From an uncultured Verrucomicrobiae bacterium (GTDB lineage Bacteria; Verrucomicrobiota; Verrucomicrobiia; Limisphaerales; Palsa-1400), in NCBI GenBank assembly GCA_963764165.1, contig CAVXRD010000003.1:256001-320000 (forward strand): DNA of 64,000 nucleotides, read 5' to 3'. Below the pieces are notes generated by a model. The model did no database searches. It saw only the letters and a program-made list of their open reading frames with translations, and was not told the origin of the DNA. Positions 51,031-59,438 of the stretch are shown piece by piece; the stretch's first letter is position 1, and each line of letters begins with the position of its first letter. The position numbers and the translations under genes were made by a program.

Positions 51031-52386
51031 ATGAAGGATAGCGCAAATAAAGGACTGACACGGCTGCAGGCTCTTTTCATGGAAACGTTCGGCCTGGGCG
51101 CCGGCGTCTCATGGATTGCCAGTTTGTTGACAGTGATTATTGTGGTGGCCTCCTTTTTCTGGTTTTTCTATTCGGCGCCGCCTCGCACGATCACCATCAC
51201 CGCTGGCCCCACTGGGAGCAGTTTTGAGGTGATGGCGCAGGCTTACGGCAAAGAGTTGCGCAAGAAGGGAATCACGCTGCGCATTCTCGAGTCGGGCGGC
51301 TCAGACGAAAATCTCGCCCGGTTGGAGGACAAATCGGCGAAGGTCGACGTCGGCTTCGTGCAATGCGGCATGACCAACGGGACCGAGGCCAGCAAACTGG
51401 TTTCGCTCGGGACGGTTGTCATTCAGCCGCTGATGATTTTTTACCGAGGCTCCAACACAGTGCAAATTCTCTCACAACTCAAGGGCAGACGCCTGGCCAT
51501 CGGCTCGCCTGGCAGCGGTGTTCGCAAGCTGGCCATGGCGTTGCTGGAGACCAACGGCATTGGCTCCAATTCAGCGGTCTATGTTGATCTGGATGCTGCC
51601 GCGGCAGCGCAGGCGCTGACCAATGGAGAGGTCGACGCGATTTTCCTGATGGGCGACACCGCGTCGCCGCAAACGATGAAAGCGGTGCTGCATAATCCCA
51701 ACGTTCGTCTTTACGATGTTACACAGGCGGACGGCTATGTCCGGAAATTGACGTATTTGAGCAGATTGGACATGCCGCGCGGAGCCATTGATTTCGGCCG
51801 CGATATTCCCGATCACGACGTGCCTTTGGTGGGCCCGGCGGTGGAATTGCTGGCCCGCCCGAGCTTGCACCCGGCGCTTTCGGACTTGCTGCTGGAAGCA
51901 GCTCACACCGTCAATGGCAAGCCGGGAATTTTCCGCCACCCGGGCGAATTTCCAACCAATGTCGAACGTGACATACCGATGAGCGCCTCTGCGGCACGAT
52001 ATTACAAATCCGGCAAAGGATTTTTCTACAGCTTCCTGCCGTTTTGGCTGGCCAGCTTGATCAGCCGCGTGCTGGTCGCGTTCGTGCCGATGCTGGTGGT
52101 TCTCATCCCGGGATTGCGCTTGATCCCGGCGATGCTGCGCTGGCGCATCCGCATCCGCATTTTGCACCGTTACCGCACCCTGCTGGCGCTGGAAAAGGAA
52201 GTGCAATTGAACCACGCCACAGGGCCGAAGGACCAATGGCTGGCGCGGCTCGACCAAATCGAGAATGGTGTCAACAATATGAAAGTCCCGGCCTCCTTCG
52301 CGGATCAATTCTACGGATTGCGCGGCCACATCAGCTTCGTGCGCGATCAAATATTGCAGGCGCGCCAATCGGCCTCTGGCGCGTAA
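51031..52386 (+). CDS. TAXI-family TRAP substrate-binding protein with N- and C-terminal TM segments
   Basis: ITAGPTGS, GSDENL, LKGRRLAIG..GSG, LPFWLA. Confidence 0.85.
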   Translation: MKDSANKGLTRLQALFMETFGLGAGVSWIASLLTVIIVVASFFWFFYSAPPRTITITAGPTGSSFEVMAQAYGKELRKKGITLRILESGGSDENLARLEDKSAKVDVGFVQCGMTNGTEASKLVSLGTVVIQPLMIFYRGSNTVQILSQLKGRRLAIGSPGSGVRKLAMALLETNGIGSNSAVYVDLDAAAAAQALTNGEVDAIFLMGDTASPQTMKAVLHNPNVRLYDVTQADGYVRKLTYLSRLDMPRGAIDFGRDIPDHDVPLVGPAVELLARPSLHPALSDLLLEAAHTVNGKPGIFRHPGEFPTNVERDIPMSASAARYYKSGKGFFYSFLPFWLASLISRVLVAFVPMLVVLIPGLRLIPAMLRWRIRIRILHRYRTLLALEKEVQLNHATGPKDQWLARLDQIENGVNNMKVPASFADQFYGLRGHISFVRDQILQARQSASGA

Positions 52387-52455
52387 TGGCACCCGCCAGG
52401 GCGAGACTCCGTCGAGCCCTGGCTAAATCCGAACCGTGAGAATCCGATCAGGGGG

Positions 52456-54354
52456 CTATTTCGCGCCGCTCTTCAGCGCTTCCAATTCCTCCCAGCGCTT
52501 GTAAAGGCGGGGCAATGTCTCTTTGGCGGTCGCGAGTTCGGCCAGGAGGCCGGTGGTTTGCGTGGCGTGTGTGCGATGAAATTCCGGCGAGGCGAACAAG
52601 CCTTCGATGCGTTCGATTTCCGCTTCAAGCGCAAGAATTTTCGGCTCCATGGATTCCAATTCCCTAGCGTCTTTGAAAGAGAGCTTGCCTTGCTTGACTG
52701 GCTTGGCCGGAGCCGCGGACTGCGAAGTTGCCCCAACAGCATTCGCCTTTGAGGGCGGGCGGGGCGCGGATTTGCTTTGGGTCCGGCGCTGCTTTTTCTC
52801 GAGGTAATAATCGTAATCGCCCGCGCTGTGATGAATGCGCCCATCCCCCTCGAAAGCCAGAATGTCCGTGCAGACGCGATTCAGAAAATACCGGTCATGG
52901 CTCACCACGCAAACGCAGCCAGGAAAGGACTGCAATGCCTCTTCGACCACGCGCAACGTCGGCAAGTCCAAGTCGTTGGTCGGTTCGTCAAGAATAAGAA
53001 AATTGCCGCCGCACTTGAGAATCCGCGCCAGCAGCAAGCGACTGCGTTCGCCGCCGGAAAGATATTTCACCTGCGTCGTGATGCGTTCGTCAGCGAAAAG
53101 GAAACGCTTCAGATAACTGCGCAGGGAGATTTTCGATTCGCCCCACTGCACCCATTCCGTTCCGTCAGCCGCTTCATCCAAAACAGTTCGTTCGTCGTTC
53201 AATTGCAGGCGGGATTGATCGACGTAATTGAATTTCGTCAATTGGCCAATTTTGATCGTCCCCTCCGTCGGCGCAAGCTGGCCGATGATGATCTTGAGCA
53301 GCGTCGTTTTGCCAAGCCCGTTCCGCCCGCAAATGCCTATGCGGTGGCCGTTCTCAAATTCGTAATTGAACCCGCTGAATAAAACGCGTCCGCCCAATTC
53401 CATGCCGAGGTTTGAGATGTCAACAACACGATTGCCCAATTGTGGCGGCGGAGGGATGACCAGCTCCATGTCTTCCTCGATGGGCTTTTGCTCCTGCGCC
53501 GCCGTTTCGTAATAGCGCTCAAAACGATTCTTCTGCTTGCTGCGTTGCGCGCGCGGCCCCTGGCGCACCCAGGCCAGCTCCTTTTTCAGGAACATCTGGC
53601 GCTTGTGCTCAGTGACCGCGTCGGCGGCCTGGCGCTCGGCTTTGGCCAGAAGGTAATCGGTGTAATTGCCGTTGTGGCTGAAGAAAGTTCCGTTGGACAA
53701 TTCCACCATCCGGGTCGCGACTCGATCCAAAAAATAACGGTCATGGGTGACGACCAGAAATGCCCCGTGAAAATTCTCCAGAAAATCCGCCACCCATTCG
53801 ATGGATTCCGGGTCAAGATGGTTGGTGGGTTCGTCAAGAATAAGGAAATCCGGCTGCGAAACAATCGCCCGGGCCAGCGCCACGCGCCGCTGCTCGCCGC
53901 CGGACAGCGATTTGATGTCGCGATCACCCGGCGGGCAATTCAAATGCGCCAGCGCCGTCTCGACGCGCTGGTCGAGCGTCCAGCCTTCCAGGGATTGGAT
54001 GCGATGCTCCAATTCCTCGTGCCGATGCGATTCGGCTGGAAGCGACTCGAATTCCGCGATGAAGGCCAGTGTTTTCGCCGCTCCCTGCCGGACGTTTTCG
54101 CGCACGTTCAGCGCGGGATCGAGCGTGAAGTCCTGCGGAAGATATCCGATGACCAGGTCGCGCCGCCCGGTGACAGTGCCTTCGTCCGGCGATTGCAGTC
54201 CCGCCAGAATCTTGAGGAACGTCGTCTTCCCGCATCCATTGCGCCCGACCAAACCGATGTGGTCGCCTTCCTCGATGCCGAGCGTGGCGGAATCCAGAAT
54301 CGCCCGCTCGTTAAAGCGGACAACCACATTTGTCGCGGCGATGATCGTAGCCAT
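52456..54354 (-). CDS. ABC-F family ATPase (Uup-like)
   Basis: Two Walker A (GRNGxGKTT), two LSGGE, two LDEPTN, C-terminal coiled coil ending RWEELE. Confidence 0.95.
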   Translation of the reverse strand: MATIIAATNVVVRFNERAILDSATLGIEEGDHIGLVGRNGCGKTTFLKILAGLQSPDEGTVTGRRDLVIGYLPQDFTLDPALNVRENVRQGAAKTLAFIAEFESLPAESHRHEELEHRIQSLEGWTLDQRVETALAHLNCPPGDRDIKSLSGGEQRRVALARAIVSQPDFLILDEPTNHLDPESIEWVADFLENFHGAFLVVTHDRYFLDRVATRMVELSNGTFFSHNGNYTDYLLAKAERQAADAVTEHKRQMFLKKELAWVRQGPRAQRSKQKNRFERYYETAAQEQKPIEEDMELVIPPPPQLGNRVVDISNLGMELGGRVLFSGFNYEFENGHRIGICGRNGLGKTTLLKIIIGQLAPTEGTIKIGQLTKFNYVDQSRLQLNDERTVLDEAADGTEWVQWGESKISLRSYLKRFLFADERITTQVKYLSGGERSRLLLARILKCGGNFLILDEPTNDLDLPTLRVVEEALQSFPGCVCVVSHDRYFLNRVCTDILAFEGDGRIHHSAGDYDYYLEKKQRRTQSKSAPRPPSKANAVGATSQSAAPAKPVKQGKLSFKDARELESMEPKILALEAEIERIEGLFASPEFHRTHATQTTGLLAELATAKETLPRLYKRWEELEALKSGAK

Positions 54355-54434
54355 AAAAAATTACATTCTCGTAAACCGAGCCTGTCATTCTGGCAGTGTA
54401 TCTTTGCGGATGCAAGAGGCGCGCTCAATCACGC

Positions 54435-54624
54435 CAGGGCAGACGCATCTAAATTCCGAGGTAGGGACGCCTCGCCGAGGCGTCCGGTTGCGCGCGAAAA
54501 TGCTTTTGGCGTTGTCCGTGAATAATGCCTCACCCGGACGCCTCGGCGAGGCGTCCCTACCATCAACGAGCTGGGCGCTCGTTGATTTTCAATAGATTAC
54601 AAGAATTAAGATGCGTCTGCCCTG
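54435..54624. mobile_element. 190-bp MITE with 22-bp TIRs and 10-bp target duplication, containing a family B REP doublet
   Basis: CAGGGCAGACGCATCTAAATTC / GAATTAAGATGCGTCTGCCCTG (1 mismatch); TCAATCACGC at 54425-54434 and 54625-54634. Confidence 0.92.
54460..54561. repeat. REP-like doublet family B (GTAG type)
   Basis: GGTAGGGACGCCTCGCCGAGGCGTCC ... GGACGCCTCGGCGAGGCGTCCCTACC. Confidence 0.92.
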
Positions 54625-54679
54625 TCAATCACGCCCGGAGGCGGACGCAGGATAAATTTTCCATACGTGCCCGCCTCCG

Positions 54680-54876
54680 AAGCGCCGTAGGCGCGGCATC
54701 GTTGTAGGGCCGGCGAGAATGAACATTCAACCTCCGCAGGAGCGGCACCTCGGGAAACGTCAAGCGGTTTAGGAAAGCCGGCGTTCAACATCGCGTCCGC
54801 CGCAGGCGCCGTTCCTACGGAGGTTGGAAACATTTTCGTTGTTCGTTTCTGCAACGATGCCGCGCCTACGGCGCTT
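54680..54876. repeat. REP-like family C element with outer and inner inverted repeats
   Basis: 28-bp outer IR AAGCGCCGTAGGCGCGGCATCGTTGTAG (1 mismatch); inner CAACCTCCGCAGGAGCGGC pair. Confidence 0.88.
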
Positions 54877-54896
54877 TGGCGTTGACCAGTCCCGGT

Positions 54897-55079
54897 TCAA
54901 GGCGGCGGCAGGAGGCGTTCCACTTCGATGGCATCGGCCTCGGGATGTTGGCTTCGAATCCCTTCCCGCGCGATATCGCAGGATAACTCATGCAAATCCA
55001 GCGCAATCGCCAGACGCTGCTCGCCCGTCATGCCACGGTAGCGCGCAGTTTGTTCAGCCAATGCTGTTGCCGCGTTCAT
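54897..55079 (-). CDS. Small hypothetical protein (possibly frameshifted at its C-terminus)
   Basis: YRGMTGEQRLAIA..AREGIRSQHPEA pattern seen in small TA-associated proteins. Confidence 0.55.
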   Translation of the reverse strand: MNAATALAEQTARYRGMTGEQRLAIALDLHELSCDIAREGIRSQHPEADAIEVERLLPPP

Positions 55080-55119
55080 CGTCCTTCATTAGGTGACAGC
55101 AAATTCGTTTTGCAACAAC

Positions 55120-55488
55120 CTACCTAATGGTAATCCAGCGATTCACCAAATTTCCGTCGGTCGCCACCAGCGCGGCCACAATCGCTTTAGCCAATGCCCC
55201 AATCTGATTTGCCCTGAACCGTTCCAAGTCATAGAACAACACACCGCCGTGCGGGCGGTTGTCCCCTACCCGCAGCGCGATCCAACCTGGGAGGGTGGCG
55301 CGATCTTTGGAAACCAGCGCCCGGCGCTCCTGCCAGCAAGCCTCCAGAATAACGTCGTCTGTGGCATTGATATAGGCGCCGTCCTGCCAGGAGGAAACAT
55401 GCTGAATGTCGACTTGAAGGCAAAGACGCTTCACGGCCTTGGCCACATCCGCCGGCACATGAGCATCCAGCAGCAATCTGGCTCTCAC
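55120..55488 (-). CDS. PIN-like (DUF5615/Mut7-C type) toxin
   Basis: LLLDAHVP, DDVIL, LVSKD, HGGV; overlaps upstream gene. Confidence 0.82.
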   Translation of the reverse strand: MRARLLLDAHVPADVAKAVKRLCLQVDIQHVSSWQDGAYINATDDVILEACWQERRALVSKDRATLPGWIALRVGDNRPHGGVLFYDLERFRANQIGALAKAIVAALVATDGNLVNRWITIR

Positions 55489-55898
55489 ACCCGGATGAAT
55501 GAATGATTCGGAACCAATCGCTCCAACTCCTCGGCTGATTGCCGGCCGGCAGCGCGGTCTTCGGCGATCTCGTCTGGAAATGCCTGTGCGTAGGCCAAAG
55601 CGGCCTTCATCAACAGGGCAGGCAGTCTGAGCATCCGGGCAGCCTTGTTAGCATTGCCCTTGCAGTCCTCCAAGGTTTCAACCGCCAGCCATACCGGAAG
55701 ACGCACTCCGCGGATATAGGCCATTCGGCCAACGGGAGTTTGGCGCAATTCGACGCTGGGGTGCTTGCTCGCGCGCACCCCTTGCGTCACAAAGTCAGCT
55801 CCCAGTGTGGCTGCGCTTGTCCCAAAACGCCTGGCCATTTGCTCCAAGTCCAGCTTCACCCCCTCGGGCACTCGCAATGAAATCGGTTTAGTCGCCAT
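55485..55898 (-). CDS. DUF433-type antitoxin with N-terminal RHH-like segment
   Basis: ISLRVP; AYIRGVRLPVW; AALAYAQAFPDEI. Confidence 0.82.
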   Translation of the reverse strand: MATKPISLRVPEGVKLDLEQMARRFGTSAATLGADFVTQGVRASKHPSVELRQTPVGRMAYIRGVRLPVWLAVETLEDCKGNANKAARMLRLPALLMKAALAYAQAFPDEIAEDRAAGRQSAEELERLVPNHSFIRV

Positions 55899-56089
55899 GC
55901 AATGTGTACTTTGGCATTAGCACCGGTGCGCGTCAACAGCGTCTTCGAAATTTTGAGGGTGGAAAACGAACGAAGGAACGGAGAAACAGCCGCGGCGCGT
56001 TGCGATCAATCGATGCGTCTTCAGATCCAAAGTGCTGCGGCTGGTCTTCGACACTGCCGCGCTCCGCTTAAAATTGGCGACAGCTTCTG

Positions 56090-56374
56090 CTAATAAGAGC
56101 AAGCCAGCTCGATGATCTGGCCGCAACTGCATTCAATCTTGATGCCGGACACCACGTCGCCCTGTTTTTGCATCGTCACCACCGGTGGTTTGAGGCAGGG
56201 ATTGGCGGCTTGGGCGGGCGCAGGCGCCGGAGCCGAGCCTGCTGGAGGCGCGCTGGGCGCCAGTGATTCGAAGTTCGATTCCGCCGCTGGTTTTGGCAGG
56301 ACCTTCAGGTGGAACACCGCTGTATCGCCGGCTGGAGCCGGCCCGGTCACGAGGGGAACAAACGCTTCAGACAT
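56090..56374 (-). CDS. Hypothetical protein with C-terminal CxC..C motif
   Basis: Follows motB by 19 bp; Pro/Ala linker; IKIECSCGQIIELAC. Confidence 0.7.
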   Translation of the reverse strand: MSEAFVPLVTGPAPAGDTAVFHLKVLPKPAAESNFESLAPSAPPAGSAPAPAPAQAANPCLKPPVVTMQKQGDVVSGIKIECSCGQIIELACSY

Positions 56375-56393
56375 AATGATTCGTAATTCGCAA

Positions 56394-57122
56394 TCAGCTC
56401 TTCTTGTTCGACTGCATGCTCAGCAAAACCGAAACCCGGCGGTTGACTTCGTTGGTGGCGTCGGTGTCGCGCAGCGGCTTTGTGTCACCGTAGCCGGCCA
56501 CCTTCACCACCTGCGAGCTGCCGACGCCGTGTTCGAGCAATTTCCGCCGCACGGCATTGGCGCGGTCTGTCGAAAGTTCCCAATCGCCGTAATCAGGGCG
56601 CACCGGCGGATTGCCACTCTCGGTGTGCCCTGACAACTCAATGGTAAAGCCGGAATAACGCGCAATTTCCCACGACAGCGTCGAGAACACCCAGTCGCCG
56701 TAAGGCGTAAAGCGTGTGCTTTGCGGCTCGAAAATCGGCTTGTGCGACTTGTCAAATATATTGATCAGCAGCCCTTCGGGCGTCAGGTCCAATTTGACGG
56801 TTTCCTCCGCCCCGTCCTCGGAGGATTGGAGCGAGCGGAGCAAATCCTGGTTGATGCGCCGGAGCATGTTCAACTCGACGGCTGAGGAAGAATCAAAATT
56901 GCCGGAGCTCGACTTGACCGCCTGGATTTCGTCGTTCTTGATCAGGCCGACGGATTCCTTGGTGATGGATGAAAACGGATTGCGAAAAGCGCGCTCGACG
57001 GCGTCCTTGATGCGCTGGTCCTGCGACGTCAGCCATAGCACAATGAAGAGCGCCATCATCGCGGTGGTGAAATCCGCGTAAGCCACCTTCCACGCGCCGC
57101 CGTGATGTTTCTTGGAACTCAT
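56394..57122 (-). CDS. motB: Flagellar stator protein MotB
   Basis: WKVAYADFTTAMMALF, GHT, WELSTDRA, NRRV. Confidence 0.95.
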   Translation of the reverse strand: MSSKKHHGGAWKVAYADFTTAMMALFIVLWLTSQDQRIKDAVERAFRNPFSSITKESVGLIKNDEIQAVKSSSGNFDSSSAVELNMLRRINQDLLRSLQSSEDGAEETVKLDLTPEGLLINIFDKSHKPIFEPQSTRFTPYGDWVFSTLSWEIARYSGFTIELSGHTESGNPPVRPDYGDWELSTDRANAVRRKLLEHGVGSSQVVKVAGYGDTKPLRDTDATNEVNRRVSVLLSMQSNKKS

Positions 57123-57129
57123 GCTCCGG

Positions 57130-57996
57130 TTATTTTGACGCCTGGGTCAGAGATTTGAGCATCGCTTCCAGGCCTTCCGAACTCGGTTTGACTTCACTGG
57201 TCAGCCCGCGCCGCGCGATTTCAACGGCCATGATCGGAGACATTCCGTTGGCAAAACTCACCACGGACGCCGCAATGCAGCGGATGTAGGCGGCTTCCGC
57301 CACGCCAATAAATTCCATGTTCACGGCGAGCGGATTCATGAAGCCGTAGGAAATAAAGATTCCAAGGAAGGTCCCCACCAGCGCCGCGCCCACTTTTTCG
57401 CCGATCTTTTCAATCGGGCCGGAAATGGACGCCATCGTGATGACGATGCCCAAGACGGCGGCGACGATGCCGAATCCCGGCATGGCGTCGGCGGCCTTGG
57501 TCAGCACGCCGATGGGCTGTTCGTGTTCGCGCTCCATCGCGTCCAATTCGATATCCAGGAGCAGCTTCAAATGGTCGGGCTTGATCTTGCCGTCGATGAT
57601 GGGACGCAAGCCGTTGCAGAGAAATTCCATCGCATGCTTGTTCTTCTGAAAGCCCGGGTATTTCTGGAAAATGGTGCTCGTCTCGGGCGTCATGATGTGT
57701 TCCTCCAGCGCCACCATGCCGCCGCGGCGGCCGAGCATGAACAGTTCGTAAAGCGCGCTGAAAAGTTCGTCGTAGGCTTTCTTGGAATAAGGCGAGCCTT
57801 TGAGCGCTCCGATGGTCTGCTTGAACAGGGCAACCAGAACATGCTTGGGCGACATGAGGACGAGCGCCCCGAGCGCCGCGCCACCGATCATGATCAACTC
57901 CGACAAATGGAGCAGCGCCATGGTATTGCCCCCGGCCAGGATGAATCCCCCGAGAACCGAACCTATGACGATGAGAGCTCCTAGAATGACAATCAT
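57130..57996 (-). CDS. motA: Flagellar stator protein MotA
   Basis: RRGGMVALE, MPGFGIVAAVLG, ALVGTFLG..YGF..PLA. Confidence 0.95.
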   Translation of the reverse strand: MIVILGALIVIGSVLGGFILAGGNTMALLHLSELIMIGGAALGALVLMSPKHVLVALFKQTIGALKGSPYSKKAYDELFSALYELFMLGRRGGMVALEEHIMTPETSTIFQKYPGFQKNKHAMEFLCNGLRPIIDGKIKPDHLKLLLDIELDAMEREHEQPIGVLTKAADAMPGFGIVAAVLGIVITMASISGPIEKIGEKVGAALVGTFLGIFISYGFMNPLAVNMEFIGVAEAAYIRCIAASVVSFANGMSPIMAVEIARRGLTSEVKPSSEGLEAMLKSLTQASK

Positions 57997-58002
57997 GAGC
58001 GG

Positions 58003-58833
58003 CTAGAGGGGGTTATTGAAAACCTCCGGGTCTTCTTTTTGCAGCAGCGCCTTGATGGCCAGGATGGCCTGCGAATGGATCTGGCAAATGCGCGATTCCG
58101 TCACGCCAAATGCCTCGGCAATTTCCCGCAGCCGCAAATCCTCAAAGTAATAGAGCGCCAGCACCTTCCGCTGCATTTCCGGCAACTGCTGCAACCGCGT
58201 TTCAATCAGCCTGGCCAATTCGCGCACAGAGGCGTAGTGCTCCGGGTTTTCCTGCGAGCTGTCCGCCACCATATCGTAAATGGACCCGCCATCGCCTTCG
58301 TGCCCTTGCGAGGAATCCAAGCAGACGTAAGTCGTCGGGCGGACTTGCTCCAGCAATTCCTCGTATTCGTCCAGCGGCATCTTCAGGGCTTTGGCCATCT
58401 CGGTGTTGCTGGGAATGGAACCCGAGCGCTGCATCAGTTCCTGCATCGCCTTTTCGACTTTCTTAGCCTTCTCATGGATCGAGCGGGGCACCCAGTCTAA
58501 GCGGCGCAATTCATCAAAAATGGCTCCGCGAATGCGGACACGGGCATATGTTTCAAATGAAGTTCCATTTTCCGGCTTGAACCGGCGCATCGCGTTGAGC
58601 AATCCGACCAATCCCGCGCTGTAGAGATCGTCACTGTTGACGTGGGAAGGCAGCGTCATGGCCAGGCGGCCGACGACAGTCTTGACCAGGGGCAGATATT
58701 CTTCGACGAGGCTGTTTTCCATGACGCTGCCGGGGCCGCTGCGGGAATAGAGCCGCCACAATTCCTGCTGCGTTGCGCGGCGTTGTTCAGGCATGGAGGA
58801 GGGAGTTTCGAGTTCGCAAAGGGTCGCGCTCAT
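58003..58833 (-). CDS. fliA: Sigma28 (FliA/WhiG family) sigma factor
   Basis: DDLYSAG, FETYARVRIRGAIFDELRRLDWVPRS, GVTESRICQIH. Confidence 0.95.
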   Translation of the reverse strand: MSATLCELETPSSMPEQRRATQQELWRLYSRSGPGSVMENSLVEEYLPLVKTVVGRLAMTLPSHVNSDDLYSAGLVGLLNAMRRFKPENGTSFETYARVRIRGAIFDELRRLDWVPRSIHEKAKKVEKAMQELMQRSGSIPSNTEMAKALKMPLDEYEELLEQVRPTTYVCLDSSQGHEGDGGSIYDMVADSSQENPEHYASVRELARLIETRLQQLPEMQRKVLALYYFEDLRLREIAEAFGVTESRICQIHSQAILAIKALLQKEDPEVFNNPL

Positions 58834-59090
58834 GTTTTAGAGGTTTTGGGGGCCATGGGAGACGGAGGCGCAGGCGGAGGCGCTGCTTCTTCGGCCTTCT
58901 CCTTTTCGAGCAAAGTCTGTTGCAGATTGGCGCGCCAGGTTCGTCCCCACCATCGCGCCAAAAGCGCGGTGATATAGGCGGCCAGGCATCCATGCCAAAA
59001 GCAGACCGGAATGGAACTCCCCTGCAGGGCGCTGACTCCAGCGCCGAGTGCGAGTCCCAAAATTCCCCCGGCCAGCAACAATGTTTTCAT
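58830..59090 (-). CDS. Small two-TM protein leading the fliA operon
   Basis: Hydrophobic 86-aa ORF; ATGA overlap with fliA. Confidence 0.75.
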   Translation of the reverse strand: MKTLLLAGGILGLALGAGVSALQGSSIPVCFWHGCLAAYITALLARWWGRTWRANLQQTLLEKEKAEEAAPPPAPPSPMAPKTSKT

Positions 59091-59116
59091 GACACTTCAC
59101 AGTCGAGAACACGAAT

Positions 59117-59132
59117 AGCAAGACCATTGCCA
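59117..59132 (-). promoter_or_regulatory. Sigma54 (-24/-12) promoter motif
   Basis: Minus strand TGGCAATGGTCTTGCT = GG-N10-GC, close to TGGCAC-N5-TTGCW, 26 nt before the ATG. Confidence 0.75.
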
Positions 59133-59304
59133 TGTTTGGCGAATGACCGTGGCCGGGTGCCTGAAAAGGCCTGATTACGAGGGAAAAACACCAGCGAATG
59201 ATTTCCTCCAGCTTGTCAGGAAAACCCTTGTCGGCACTTTTTTCCCCGCCCGCCAAATCGCGGGGCGGCAATTTATTCCGGCCTCCCGCAGGGCGGGAAC
59301 CATT

Positions 59305-59366
59305 CGCATAATTCCCATTAATCCCATTCTTCCCATGTGAGTTATGGGAATAATGGGAGTTATGCG
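59305..59366. repeat. 9-bp-period tandem repeats arranged as an inverted pair
   Basis: ATAATTCCC-ATTAATCCC-ATTCTTCCC facing ATGGGAATA-ATGGGAGTT-ATGCG. Confidence 0.75.
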
Positions 59367-59438
59367 ACTGGCACAGTGTCGCCCGCAGAGTTTTTCTGTG
59401 CGGTTTCTGAACCGGCGGGCATTAGACTGTGGAACAGC

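Noticed and set aside
56394..57996. Zorya (ZorA/ZorB) anti-phage system or ExbB/TolQ-type motor
   Set aside because: MotA is normal length without a long tail, the motifs are canonical flagellar type, and the genes are in an operon with fliA.
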